The notes: generated by a model from the letters alone, not told the origin. A stretch of DNA of 45,444 bases from Gammaproteobacteria bacterium (GCA_027011205.1 JALVAL010000631.1:1-45444); one strand, 5' to 3'; shown: positions 9,471-19,588, numbered from the stretch's first letter. Made by a program: numbers and translations.

Positions 9471-10268
9471 TTACACAATATCGATTTTACCCGATACAAG
9501 GTTAGAAATAAGTTCTGCTGAACCACCATTTTCAGTAGCAGTCTGACGAAGTTGATCAATAGAAATATAGGCCTTACCATTTCTATCAATGCTATTAGAA
9601 CCCCCGCCAGAGCCCCCGCCAGAGCCCCCGCCAGAAGATCCTTCAAAAAGGTATGGGGCCTGTTCAACAAGAGACTCTGCCCAATCTTTAAAAGTCAATG
9701 GACCATCATCAGTTTGTATTACTTCACCTTTTTCGTCAAAAGGCATTACTTCCCCATCATCGGTAACACGCCAAGTCTGCTTTGCCCTAAGGAGAATATC
9801 ATTAATTGCACCCTCCCTGGGCTTGGCAACAGAAAGCACCGCCTTCTGAACCTCTGCGTCCACCAGGGTTGTGGAAAGCTTGTTTTTGTAAAGCTCCGCA
9901 GCCTTGCTGGCCTCTTCCGCCTTTTTCTCAAGCTCTTTCAGCTTGTCTTCAAAGGACTGCTTGATTTTCATAGCCCTTTTCTGAACAAGCTCATCTATCT
10001 TACCTGCGCTAAGGAGTTTCTCTTCCTCAATCGCCTGAAATTTTTCCTTGAGTTCTTTATATTCTGCAAGATCAACTCCCGACAACTTTTTCTCCAACTC
10101 TTCAAGCTTTTTCATAAGCCTGATATTATTGTCACGAAATTCATCAAGTTTTCCTTTAGGAACAACTGGGTCTTTAAGTTTTAAATGCCATGCTCCGTTA
10201 CGTTCTTCATAAAGGTCCTTAACATCTTCTGGAATTTCGTTTTGTGATTTGTACTGTAACTTAAGCAT
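9471..10268 (-). CDS. Capsid scaffolding protein
   Basis: Coiled-coil, with LDEFRDNN and APYLFEGSSGGGS motifs; directly upstream of the capsid gene. Confidence 0.82.
   Translation of the reverse strand: MLKLQYKSQNEIPEDVKDLYEERNGAWHLKLKDPVVPKGKLDEFRDNNIRLMKKLEELEKKLSGVDLAEYKELKEKFQAIEEEKLLSAGKIDELVQKRAMKIKQSFEDKLKELEKKAEEASKAAELYKNKLSTTLVDAEVQKAVLSVAKPREGAINDILLRAKQTWRVTDDGEVMPFDEKGEVIQTDDGPLTFKDWAESLVEQAPYLFEGSSGGGSGGGSGGGSNSIDRNGKAYISIDQLRQTATENGGSAELISNLVSGKIDIV
9601..9636. repeat. 3 x 12-bp tandem repeat (CCCCCGCCAGAR) encoding an (SGGG)3 linker
   Basis: Seen directly; in frame within the scaffold gene. Confidence 0.9.
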
Positions 10269-10270
10269 TT

Positions 10271-11374
10271 TTACCCTCCGGGTTTACCATATTTTTTGTA
10301 AAGTTCATCTAATGTAAGGGGATTTCCCTTTTGATCAACAAGTTGAGACACATTCGTTATTTTCCCTTTTTTCCATAACTCATAGCGTTTAACACCTAAA
10401 ATTTCTATTACATCTTTTTTTCCTTGTTTTCCTTTCTTTTCATGATCTTTTAACCAATCATTATAACTTTTTGTTTCTGGAATCGCACCATCTATAGATG
10501 CCCGTTGTCCTGGTTTCAACCTATTGACAGTCTTATTAAATTTTAAATTTTTATTTAATTCGTCATAAGAAACCGTTATAGGAACAGTAGTAGACCTGCA
10601 ATTCCAATGAATAGGCGGCCAACCCCTCCACTTCATACCATGGCCAATAGGCTCTTTGTCCTCTAACCTCCACCTACGATTATCAAGCGTAGCACAAATA
10701 AAAGTGGTTCTAGTATCCAGTGTGGCAACCCACATAACCTGGGAAATCACATCACTATTGCCCTCATAAATCTGCCTCCGCACATCCTGGAAGATGTTCT
10801 GGAAACCTGTCCTTGACAACGCTTCCGCATGGTTCTGCGGGATAACCAACGAGTCCTTTACACGCTCGATCAACTCGTCTATCGACTCACCATCTAAAAT
10901 GCCTTCTGTCATTTCTGCCTTGTAACGGTATTTGTAGTCAATAGACTGTTTTTCCCACCACTCTTTTGTAGTATGCCCTTCAAACACCTGTTCACTTACA
11001 ATCGTCGCAATAGCCTCTTTAGTAAGCACCGGATGAATGACACCTGCACCAAACTCTCTGTTGTATATCTTAGGGAATATTTGAGCTTCAGCATGTCCAT
11101 ACTGAGTCATTAAGCTGGTATGAGTCGATGCCATTTTGTTATAAGTATCCGTAATCAGATTATTGGCCTGCGTAAGCAAATTTTCAATTACAACCTTCTG
11201 ATTTACAGGAAACGCAACGCCAGTAGGGTTAGTCTGAGCAACAAACGCAATTAACTCGTCCCTAAGATTCTGTAGGTGCTTTAACACCTGTTTTGTGCCC
11301 AATGCAGACACTCTCTCAAGCTCCGTTTGATGCCTGATAAGTGCATCCTGAATTCTGGTGTTAAACGATTCCAT
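10271..11374 (-). CDS. Minor head morphogenesis protein (SPP1 gp7 / Mu gpF family)
   Basis: WVATLDTRTTFIC and PPIHWNCRS. Confidence 0.92.
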   Translation of the reverse strand: MESFNTRIQDALIRHQTELERVSALGTKQVLKHLQNLRDELIAFVAQTNPTGVAFPVNQKVVIENLLTQANNLITDTYNKMASTHTSLMTQYGHAEAQIFPKIYNREFGAGVIHPVLTKEAIATIVSEQVFEGHTTKEWWEKQSIDYKYRYKAEMTEGILDGESIDELIERVKDSLVIPQNHAEALSRTGFQNIFQDVRRQIYEGNSDVISQVMWVATLDTRTTFICATLDNRRWRLEDKEPIGHGMKWRGWPPIHWNCRSTTVPITVSYDELNKNLKFNKTVNRLKPGQRASIDGAIPETKSYNDWLKDHEKKGKQGKKDVIEILGVKRYELWKKGKITNVSQLVDQKGNPLTLDELYKKYGKPGG

Positions 11375-11412
11375 TATTCATCGGAGAAAGAAAGCCTTCG
11401 TAATCAAGCTTC

Positions 11413-12825
11413 TCACTCATTTTTTAGCGGTACCCCCTCAGACGACTCCTCTTCTGATGGTATATTATTAACAGGCGGTGGACTTCCCATAAGAATCATG
11501 TCACCCTCTATTCTTGCCTTTTCCTCTTCAGCAGTGATACCATCTTCTATAATTTCACCTTTCTGGAAGTTATAGAACAATGTTTCCCAAGAAATAGTAC
11601 CTGACTGGTAAGCTTTGACCAGAGCAGTTACTTCATTTGGCGTCATCGAAACAGCAGTAAAATCAGTATTGAAACTTACAACTACATCGCCTGATTTGCC
11701 TTCCCACATGGCCACAAATTCAAAAACCCGTGTAAAAAGGTCAGATAAAGTAAGTGATATGGACGAAAGCACATTGTGCTCACCCATATTCCGCACCTTG
11801 TAAGTCTCTGCCGCTTCAACACCCTTTTTTGGAACATCCAGAAGCCGTGTGCCGATAATGGCCATCTGATACTCTTTCTGCTCTAATGCCTTTTCAAGAG
11901 AACTCAGGCCCTGACCAGTAAACTCCAGAAACCCCGCCTTTGCACCAGGGTCCTCTGAAATCCAAGCAACAGAACTGCCAATCTTAAGCGTTATATCAGC
12001 CGGAAATCCAGCAACCCATGCCGTTGGAAGTGCCGTAAAATGCCTACCATGCTCAAGATCCGCAGATGAATTGTAATGAGAAAGGTTTATATCCACCAGA
12101 TCAATAAGTGGTGGCTTTATAACCTCTGCACCTACCTTTTGCCAATTAGAAAAGATAAATGGGATCTCATGTATTCTGGATCCCCTCATGGTAGGTACAA
12201 TTTGTTCCACCAATGTGTAATCTTTTGTCGTTGAATCCAGCCGATATATTTCCTGGACATAAACACCGTCTCTGAGCACAAGCACTCTATATTGTTCTTT
12301 TATCTGGTCTTCAAATTCATCTATTTCTTCTGTATATTCCTCCCTGATTACCACCATGGTAAGCATTAACTTATCTCCCACCAATTCAACTTTCCAATTG
12401 ATGATATCCTCTGCCTTATAAACAACAAGATAGCACCGATTGGTGATATTATTTAAAGGTGGCATATCTACCAAAATACCAACCCTGCCAGTAGTGAGAA
12501 GCTCATTAAGTGTATATTTGGAAAAATCAGTAAGAGAATTGTTCTGGACAGTGACATGTTTGTCTCTGTCTACCTCAGGATATACAAACTGATAAGACTT
12601 GCGGAAAATAGCACCCACCAGGGCGTCAAGAGTTCGTGATGAGGCATTATAAAAGGTAGCACGTTTTTTATAAGCCGAATACTCATCGCTACTCTGGCCA
12701 GATAAAGATGGAAGATAAACTTCACCTTTTGCCTTTACAGCATCAGCACCCTCAATGACGTCACGGCATCTAGTCCACTTGTGCCTGTAAGCTTCATATT
12801 GTCTATGTGTAGAATTAACTGGCAT
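11413..12825 (-). CDS. Portal protein (DUF4055-like)
   Basis: YLP, YKKRATFYN, GRVGILVDMP, KPPLIDL and HYNSSAD; follows the terminase. Confidence 0.9.
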   Translation of the reverse strand: MPVNSTHRQYEAYRHKWTRCRDVIEGADAVKAKGEVYLPSLSGQSSDEYSAYKKRATFYNASSRTLDALVGAIFRKSYQFVYPEVDRDKHVTVQNNSLTDFSKYTLNELLTTGRVGILVDMPPLNNITNRCYLVVYKAEDIINWKVELVGDKLMLTMVVIREEYTEEIDEFEDQIKEQYRVLVLRDGVYVQEIYRLDSTTKDYTLVEQIVPTMRGSRIHEIPFIFSNWQKVGAEVIKPPLIDLVDINLSHYNSSADLEHGRHFTALPTAWVAGFPADITLKIGSSVAWISEDPGAKAGFLEFTGQGLSSLEKALEQKEYQMAIIGTRLLDVPKKGVEAAETYKVRNMGEHNVLSSISLTLSDLFTRVFEFVAMWEGKSGDVVVSFNTDFTAVSMTPNEVTALVKAYQSGTISWETLFYNFQKGEIIEDGITAEEEKARIEGDMILMGSPPPVNNIPSEEESSEGVPLKNE

Positions 12826-12847
12826 CTTCTTTCCTCATCTTACCTAC

Positions 12848-12876
12848 ATTATAACATACAAAAAAGCTTCTGTCAA
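12848..12876 (-). promoter_or_regulatory. Consensus sigma70 promoter for portal and head genes
   Basis: TTGACA-17 nt-TATAAT with an extended TGn, in the terL-portal gap. Confidence 0.88.
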
Positions 12877-12881
12877 TGGCT

Positions 12882-14147
12882 TTATGTGCCTTGAACTTTA
12901 GCAATACCAGCACGGAGTTTATGAACTGGAAATAAATACGCTATCGGATATGAAAAAGCATCTGTCACATGATCATATTTACCATCTTTAGACGGTAAAC
13001 CATTATCATCATAAACTTGCTGTTCAAGCGCCTCCGTTAAATTAGGACATCTGGCCACATCAACAAAAAGCCTCCGCTCCCCTTCACCGTTGCAAAACAT
13101 AGTATTGGTGGCAATAACCCTGTCCTTAACAGAAGGGTTAGCACGATTTGCTCTTACTGTGAAACCAGCATCCCTTAATAAAGAAAGATCCGATATAGAA
13201 GCATTTATAGTCTTTCTTGCAGACCCACTGGCATCAGGATACACTATTACTGATTTCCCAGGGTATCTTTCTTTAATAACGGATATAGTTTCATTGGTAT
13301 CAAAGGTATTGATTATTTCATCAATGGCGACAGCTACCTTTTCAGCATCTGATGACGGTTGTCTTATATCGAAAATTACAGCACACCCCTTCCCAACATT
13401 GAAATCCATACCAACATGGATTGGATTTACAGATGATATTGAATCAACAGACATCCTGTTCTTTTCTCTATCAAACTCTGCCCACACTCCCAGTTTATTG
13501 ATGTTTACAAACTTCCCAAGCAGATAAGCATCTATAAGAGACTTTGGGTATTTTTTAATCAAAGTTGGAATAAAATCATCCGGTAAATTAGCAATATTAT
13601 CATAAGTGGACATCCTAATAAGAGTTGAATCTTCCAGAGGCTCTTTTTCAAAGTTATGGTACATATACTTATAGCCTTCTGGCGTTGAAATAAGATATAA
13701 CTGGTTCTTGGCACCTTCTATGCGTTGCCTCATCCTAGCCATCATCTTATCAATTACCTTTTCAGCCAATTCATACGGCAAAAGATCCACTTCATCGCCA
13801 TAGGCACTAAGAATGGAAAAACCAATCATAGTTTCAGGCTTTAAAGCTGACCTGAAATAAATAATACCATACCCAGGTACACTGATATATCTTGCCTGTT
13901 TATTACTATGATATGGTGTCTTGGTATTGGTTAAAAACTCCTCTAACATGGGGTATGCAATATCGAAGCACAACTGATATCCAGGAGCAAAATAACAAAG
14001 ATTCGCCCCTGGGTTTGAAAAATAATCATAAAGCATCTTTAAAATGAGAACGAACGTTTTTCCAGAACCATATCCGGCAACACAGGCCACATACTTATTA
14101 TCCGCCAGAAAAAGCTTTCTCTGCGAAGGATTAAGCTTTACTCTCAT
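12882..14147 (-). CDS. terL: Terminase large subunit
   Basis: Walker A AGYGSGKT, Walker B YGDE, STPEG, nuclease motifs GMDFN and DHVTDA. Confidence 0.95.
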   Translation of the reverse strand: MRVKLNPSQRKLFLADNKYVACVAGYGSGKTFVLILKMLYDYFSNPGANLCYFAPGYQLCFDIAYPMLEEFLTNTKTPYHSNKQARYISVPGYGIIYFRSALKPETMIGFSILSAYGDEVDLLPYELAEKVIDKMMARMRQRIEGAKNQLYLISTPEGYKYMYHNFEKEPLEDSTLIRMSTYDNIANLPDDFIPTLIKKYPKSLIDAYLLGKFVNINKLGVWAEFDREKNRMSVDSISSVNPIHVGMDFNVGKGCAVIFDIRQPSSDAEKVAVAIDEIINTFDTNETISVIKERYPGKSVIVYPDASGSARKTINASISDLSLLRDAGFTVRANRANPSVKDRVIATNTMFCNGEGERRLFVDVARCPNLTEALEQQVYDDNGLPSKDGKYDHVTDAFSYPIAYLFPVHKLRAGIAKVQGT

Positions 14148-14577
14148 TACCCTCACTTAAATCAATCACAATTGGGGATGGTGGTACTGAATCAGAGCCA
14201 ATAATACCGTGAATATGAAATTCAAGCCTGGTAAGTTTATCCTGGACTGATGCTAATTTCTCCAGGACCTGCACCCTTCTTAATGCGTCCATGTCCCTGA
14301 GTTCCTCACCAATCAGCACTGTTGCCACCTGCAGCATCTGCTGTTTCTGCCTGACCGCTGCCTTATTAGCATTCTTAATATAATCTTCATCAGCAAACTT
14401 AACAGGGCCTGGCTCAGGATCATAGGCCAACACCGCAGGGCCTGGTTTAAACCCTTCTTTATATGCTACCTTCTGCAATTCCTCAAAGGATAAACCAAAC
14501 CGCTCAAGAGCAATATCCAACTCTTCACGAGATTGGGAATTAAGATATATGGCAGCTAACACTTGTAAATTTTGCAT
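14131..14577 (-). CDS. Putative terminase small subunit
   Basis: Size, helical content and overlap with the terL start. Confidence 0.55.
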   Translation of the reverse strand: MQNLQVLAAIYLNSQSREELDIALERFGLSFEELQKVAYKEGFKPGPAVLAYDPEPGPVKFADEDYIKNANKAAVRQKQQMLQVATVLIGEELRDMDALRRVQVLEKLASVQDKLTRLEFHIHGIIGSDSVPPSPIVIDLSEGNESKA

Positions 14578-14584
14578 ATTAACC

Positions 14585-14785
14585 TCATTTACTTTTATAT
14601 GGCATGTATGGGTAAAGTGGGCAATCGACTATCTGGCAATTCAGTTTACCATCAACATAACCGGCATTACAATCAGCACACTTTGCAATAATAGCCTCTC
14701 CTCTGGTAAGCCTTTCACCATTTAAATGACGCATCATGTGCTTTTTCCCTGGTGATTGTGCCCAGCTTTTTACCTCATTGTGCAC
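14585..14785 (-). CDS. Small Cys4 (zinc-binding) phage protein
   Basis: AIIAKCADC...C.IVDCPLYPY; GTG start with upstream AGGAG. Confidence 0.7.
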   Translation of the reverse strand: MHNEVKSWAQSPGKKHMMRHLNGERLTRGEAIIAKCADCNAGYVDGKLNCQIVDCPLYPYMPYKSK

Positions 14786-14819
14786 TGCCTTTTAGCTCCT
14801 TTTTTTTTCTTTTTCTTTT

Positions 14820-14849
14820 ATTTTAACATAAAACTAAATATTGTGTCAA
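14820..14849 (-). promoter_or_regulatory. sigma70 promoter for the late/packaging arm
   Basis: TTGACA-18 nt-TAAAAT with TGn. Confidence 0.7.
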
Positions 14850-14970
14850 GTAACTATTATTTACACCTAATAGGGCCTAATAATAACTGGCGCACAACAA
14901 AAAACCAAAGGAAATAGCGAAGTGCACAAAAAGTATTATATAGACTACACCAGAGCCTGACCTTGAATAT

Positions 14971-15088
14971 TAAATCAAATACTTGACAAATGAATCTTGA
15001 TGTGTTTTAATGTAAATACAATACGACAAAAACAACATCAAAATAAATCAAATACTTGACAAATGAATCTTGATGTGTTTTAATGTAA
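14971..15088 (+). repeat. 45-bp exact direct repeat (14971..15015 and 15044..15088), each copy containing a sigma70 promoter
   Basis: TAAATCAAATACTTGACAAATGAATCTTGATGTGTTTTAATGTAA occurs twice with a 73-bp period; TTGACA-17-TTTAAT with TGn. Confidence 0.92.
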
Positions 15089-15133
15089 GTACAAAATAAA
15101 ACAGTGCTAACAGCACAATGAAAGGAGACCGAT

Positions 15134-15709
15134 ATGAAGGTTAAAGTAACAACAGGAAAGTTTGAAGGACAGACTGGAACAGTGATATCTGAGAACAGAG
15201 GATGGTTTACCGTTAAACTCGATAATGGTGAAACTGCCAATCTCCGTAAAAATCAGTTTGAGGAGACAACCAACCAGGAAACTAAATCCAGTAAACGCAA
15301 CGTATTCCGCAAAAGTCGCAATGAATATTACAAGGGCTTTGGGAAAACTGCTAGTGGAAATGCCACCGTTGATAATGGCGACGAAGTAGCAGAAAAACTC
15401 AGAGGACTTACCTCTCATCAAGTCCTGGATACCCTGGCAGATGAATTGGCTGTCCTGCCATTTAAGGTAGCACTTAGCAAAAACTTCCAGAAGAAATACA
15501 AAAGAGCTGCTGAAAGGTACGGCTGGAAAGAATGGCCAGAAGGAGTTGACCAGTGGGTACACCTCCTGTGGGAAGGCAAAAACGCAGGGCTTGTCAGGGC
15601 AAATGCCGGAAACGTGCTCAGAGGAGCATATAGAAGACAAGCACAGGCACAGGAAACTGAGCAGGATGATGCCCAAGAAAAAGCCACCGCAGTGCTGTAC
15701 GGAGGGTAA
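15134..15709 (+). CDS. Early protein with a KOW/SH3-like N-terminus; function unknown
   Basis: Strong RBS AAGGAG; VKVTTGKFEGQTGTV KOW-like motif; lies behind the tandem promoters. Confidence 0.75.
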   Translation: MKVKVTTGKFEGQTGTVISENRGWFTVKLDNGETANLRKNQFEETTNQETKSSKRNVFRKSRNEYYKGFGKTASGNATVDNGDEVAEKLRGLTSHQVLDTLADELAVLPFKVALSKNFQKKYKRAAERYGWKEWPEGVDQWVHLLWEGKNAGLVRANAGNVLRGAYRRQAQAQETEQDDAQEKATAVLYGG

Positions 15710-15731
15710 GAACCCAGGCCCAGGAGCATAC

Positions 15732-15773
15732 AAAAAAGCCAAGGGAGGCGGTTCTCTTAGCTTCCCTTGGCTT
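15732..15773. terminator. Strong hairpin, probable (possibly bidirectional) terminator
   Basis: AAGCCAAGGGA/TCCCTTGGCTT 11-bp perfect stem; the U-tract is on the minus strand only. Confidence 0.65.
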
Positions 15774-15891
15774 CTGGATATGAACAAAGCTTTATTGGTC
15801 CTATCGGGTATAAACCCAACCCCAGGAAGCATATAGCAGAAACACAACTTAACAAGCTAGCACGCCACTTACTTTTTTTAAAAAGAAAACG

Positions 15892-15961
15892 TGTCTGTCT
15901 GTCTCCTTCCTATATCTTTATACGTTATGATATATAAAATAGACAAATAGACAGACAGACA
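15892..15961. repeat. 13-bp inverted repeat (TGTC)n/(GACA)n around an AT-rich spacer; candidate origin
   Basis: TGTCTGTCTGTCT at 15892..15904 and AGACAGACAGACA at 15949..15961. Confidence 0.7.
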
Positions 15962-16051
15962 ATAGTTCTTTTTATTTTAAAAATATTTGACAACGTTTAG
16001 CAAGCGCCGTGCCAAATGGATTAATTTTTCATCGAAGTACAAACACTGATC

Positions 16052-16080
16052 TTGACAGAAGCTTCCGTCCATGCTAAAAT
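16052..16080 (+). promoter_or_regulatory. sigma70 promoter for the replication operon
   Basis: TTGACA-17 nt-TAAAAT with TGn. Confidence 0.85.
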
Positions 16081-16132
16081 AACTTTGTGCGCCTCTTAAG
16101 CATTAATAATATATATAAAAGGAGATACTGCC

Positions 16133-17932
16133 GTGCCAAACCCCAAACTTGATTTAATTTATAATCTTTACAAGCTCCCAGATAAATGGAAATCTGGTAT
16201 ACATTCTATTAGAGATCCTAAGACAAATAAAATAAAAGTGATTGATACCACTGTAGATCAGTATATCCATGCAAAGCCAGACCCTAAGGGTAAAAAGCCT
16301 AAGATTGTTGAAACAAAGCTTACAACGCCGCCGATAGAAGAATTTCCCTGGGTACAACATGATCCACCAAAGTCTGCCATTGGATATGCACCTATATCCA
16401 GGGCCATGGCAGAGGATTTGGACACTGCCACAGTAACGTGGTGCGTTATAGATATTGATGGAAATCCTAATATTGCTGATGGTCTATACAATGCTGTTTC
16501 CAGCATTGTTTCTAACATCAAAGCTGCCAATAATCAAAATATTCTGTATAATCCCTTACCAGTTAATATATTACCATCATACTCCCGCACAGGTGTACAT
16601 GTGGTCCTCTTTTTTAATAAGCCAATTCTCGTAAACCATGTAAGGGGTTACGTTGCTGTTGTAAAGCTTATTCTTGCTTATGGTTTGCGTAATTTTCATC
16701 TAAAATGCACCTCTCAGGGCTTTGAGTCTTTCAAATTTGATAAAGTGTTCCTGGATAACCCTGGCCTCAGAGTGCTTTTACCAAACCCAGCGGATTTTCC
16801 GGAGGAGCCTGTTATTATAAATATATCTAAGATTGTACCGGTACCGCCATGCATGCAGTCAGTCATTGATCTTGCGGATTCAATTAATATGCTTGATCAT
16901 GATGGAACATTACCAAGTATTATTAAAAAAGGTGAACGCAACAACACCACATATCAACTTACACTTTATCTTAGGTACTTTGGAGTAAAAAATCCTACGG
17001 CTCTTATTTATTATATTATGAAGGGATATAATGACGCTGGAAGAGACAAAACTATTAAAAGTGCTAATAAACAATATAAAAGATGCTTGGAAGAAGGAAG
17101 CGGAATTGGATTTGGATGTAAAAGATGCCCATCTGATAGAAAGGAAAATTGTAAAATAGGTGGTGCTGTGTCTCAGGCCAAGGTAATAGATACCTTGGAA
17201 AAATTCAAACTTAAAATTGAGATTGAAAAAGGCACCAAAAATGAAGCGTATATTTTAACCTTTCTCGATGCTATCGAGTATCGATTTAACTTCAAGGAAC
17301 TTTCCAGTTGGCATACAGTTAAATCCAAATTGATTCAATCGGGCGCTGGTGTTGATGAAATCAGAAAGATTGACAAAAAATTATGGGGAGAAATGTGGGA
17401 TTTTTTATTAGAAAGTGCCGAAGTGAAGCGCACAGACAATCCAACATATTTGATGGTAAGAAATCACATTATTAATAGCATACACACTGCGGTAAAGGAT
17501 CCGGCTGTTCTTTTAAGGAGTAAAGATAAGTTCATCGGGTTTTTTGACAATAGCTTTCATGTTTCTATTGATAAATTGGTATATTCCAGCAAAAAGATGT
17601 ATAAGCCACAGGATGTGGCAACTGCACTTAAGATTTATTTTGATGTGGAGCCGACACCTTATACTGGTGTATATAAAATAAAATCAGATGAACTCGTGCC
17701 GCCTTTGGAAGTGGATGCCAAGGACAATTTACTTGCATCCGGAAAGCAGGTTTCTTATGATGATATCAGAAAAGGATTCCAGTTTATGGGTGCGGAATAT
17801 TGTACGACTATAAACGGACGACTTTATCTTATTCCATCGGAACTGATTCAGGAGGATAAGGGCTTGCGGACAATAGTAAAGGAAGAGATCCTGAAAAAAA
17901 GACGGAGTATCAAGAGAAATCGTGATTTTTAA
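16133..17932 (+). CDS. AEP-family primase/PrimPol with a PriCT-like region
   Basis: WCVIDID (motif I), SRTGVH (motif II), GERNN and a Cys cluster; RBS AAGGAG. Confidence 0.75.
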   Translation: MPNPKLDLIYNLYKLPDKWKSGIHSIRDPKTNKIKVIDTTVDQYIHAKPDPKGKKPKIVETKLTTPPIEEFPWVQHDPPKSAIGYAPISRAMAEDLDTATVTWCVIDIDGNPNIADGLYNAVSSIVSNIKAANNQNILYNPLPVNILPSYSRTGVHVVLFFNKPILVNHVRGYVAVVKLILAYGLRNFHLKCTSQGFESFKFDKVFLDNPGLRVLLPNPADFPEEPVIINISKIVPVPPCMQSVIDLADSINMLDHDGTLPSIIKKGERNNTTYQLTLYLRYFGVKNPTALIYYIMKGYNDAGRDKTIKSANKQYKRCLEEGSGIGFGCKRCPSDRKENCKIGGAVSQAKVIDTLEKFKLKIEIEKGTKNEAYILTFLDAIEYRFNFKELSSWHTVKSKLIQSGAGVDEIRKIDKKLWGEMWDFLLESAEVKRTDNPTYLMVRNHIINSIHTAVKDPAVLLRSKDKFIGFFDNSFHVSIDKLVYSSKKMYKPQDVATALKIYFDVEPTPYTGVYKIKSDELVPPLEVDAKDNLLASGKQVSYDDIRKGFQFMGAEYCTTINGRLYLIPSELIQEDKGLRTIVKEEILKKRRSIKRNRDF

Positions 17933-18122
17933 GATTAACGTTGAATATTTAGGTAATAAAATGCAAAGGATATGTGACAAGGAGCCGTCCATTGAATGGA
18001 TCCGGAAAGAATGGTTGGAGTCCTTTGGGTATCCCCTGCCTGTGGACTATGACAAGAAATATAAAAAAGGACTCACACTTGATATAGGAGCATTAATAGA
18101 TGAATATAATAGGAGAAGATAA
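17922..18122 (+). CDS. Hypothetical protein
   Basis: Fills the gap and overlaps both neighbours. Confidence 0.5.
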   Translation: MIFKINVEYLGNKMQRICDKEPSIEWIRKEWLESFGYPLPVDYDKKYKKGLTLDIGALIDEYNRRR

Positions 18123-19566
18123 AGAAGCATATTTTGTAAAATGCCGGTTTGAGCACAACCACTTGTTAGAGGGCCTGGACAAGCGGTGGAACAAGAGAAC
18201 ACGCTCATGGCGGGTGTACAAAAGCAGGTTAAATATTGCGTTGTTGGTTGACTTGGGGCTTTTACCAAAAGATCAGCTTTCAAGTCCACCAATGGTGCCT
18301 GCACCATTGGATCTAATTTTTCATACGGAACCCAGGTTATACCAGGAAGGTGCAGTTCGTTTTCTTTTATCTCTTCCTTATGGTGCTTTAATTGCGCCTA
18401 TGGGGTCCGGCAAGACAAAAATCATGATTGATGTTATCAACAATCTCATTGGAATCAGGGATATTAAGGCTTTGATCATTGGCTTGGTGTCTATCAAAAA
18501 GAACTGGGAAGATGAAATAAAGATGCACGCTCCAGAAACCCTGCCTTTTTGCAGGATAGAGGGTATTGAGTCGCTTTCTTCTTCAAAGAAGTTAAATAAG
18601 GAGCTTCAGAAATATGTGGATGACCGTACTTTGGTGGTCATTGATGAGGCCCACACCATAAAGAATCCGAATGCCAAAAGGACCAAAAATGCATATAAGA
18701 TTGCAAAACCTGCCAGAAGGCGGTATGTAATGACAGGGACACCAGTGCTAAATGGCAAGGAGGATTTGTTTTCCATATATGGTTTCTTAAACCCTGATAT
18801 CATAGGTATTAGTACCTTTATAGGGTTTAAAAATAGATATTGCATCAGAGGCGGATTTGAAAATAGGCAGATTGTAGGTTATAAGAATGAGGATGAGCTT
18901 ATGGAGAATATCTCCAAGTACACCTTCTTTATATCCAAGAAAGATGCTATGCCGCATCTGCCCCCACAGACTGATGTTAAGAGGGAGTGCAAGATGACTC
19001 CGAAACAACGGGAGCTTATCAATGTGGTGCTGAATGATGGGGAACTAAACCCGCTCACCAAATTGCTCCGGATCCTGCAGATATCTGGCGGTTATGATCC
19101 TGTTTCACGTGAAACATTTACGGCACCAAAGATCAAGCTCCTGGATGAGATTGTGGAAACAGGAGAAACACTGGTAATATATGCAAATTTCATTTCAGAG
19201 ATCCGCACTATATCTGAACGATATAACGCACCATTTATTGATGGTGGCATATCGCCTAAGGACCGCCATGAAATTGTCCAGGACTTCCAGAATGGTGCGT
19301 TTCCTGTGATAGTTGCTCATCCTGCAGTGGGGTCTACTGGCATCAACCTACATTGCGCATCTACTATGGTTTTTTACAGTTATTCACATAATCTTGGCCA
19401 TTATCAACAGGCCAAAGGCAGGATTGCCAGGATGCAACAGATTAACCCCATGGTGTATTACCACCTCATCACCAAAGGCACTTTAGATGCAAGAGTGTTA
19501 TGGTGTCTGCAGCATAAAAAGAGCATTCTGAAGAATGTAGAAGAGATTTTATCACAATTGGATTGA
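18100..19566 (+). CDS. SNF2-like superfamily 2 helicase
   Basis: PMGSGKT, DEAH, TGTP, GINL and QAKGRIAR. Confidence 0.93.
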   Translation: MNIIGEDKEAYFVKCRFEHNHLLEGLDKRWNKRTRSWRVYKSRLNIALLVDLGLLPKDQLSSPPMVPAPLDLIFHTEPRLYQEGAVRFLLSLPYGALIAPMGSGKTKIMIDVINNLIGIRDIKALIIGLVSIKKNWEDEIKMHAPETLPFCRIEGIESLSSSKKLNKELQKYVDDRTLVVIDEAHTIKNPNAKRTKNAYKIAKPARRRYVMTGTPVLNGKEDLFSIYGFLNPDIIGISTFIGFKNRYCIRGGFENRQIVGYKNEDELMENISKYTFFISKKDAMPHLPPQTDVKRECKMTPKQRELINVVLNDGELNPLTKLLRILQISGGYDPVSRETFTAPKIKLLDEIVETGETLVIYANFISEIRTISERYNAPFIDGGISPKDRHEIVQDFQNGAFPVIVAHPAVGSTGINLHCASTMVFYSYSHNLGHYQQAKGRIARMQQINPMVYYHLITKGTLDARVLWCLQHKKSILKNVEEILSQLD

Positions 19567-19588
19567 TCCGAATGGGTCAACATAATAC

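Noticed and set aside
9601..9636. Scaffold 12-bp repeat as a phase-variation switch
   Set aside because: The unit is a multiple of three and only encodes a Gly-Ser linker.
14971..15088. Mini CRISPR array
   Set aside because: Only two 45-bp copies, each fully explained as a sigma70 promoter; no cas genes.
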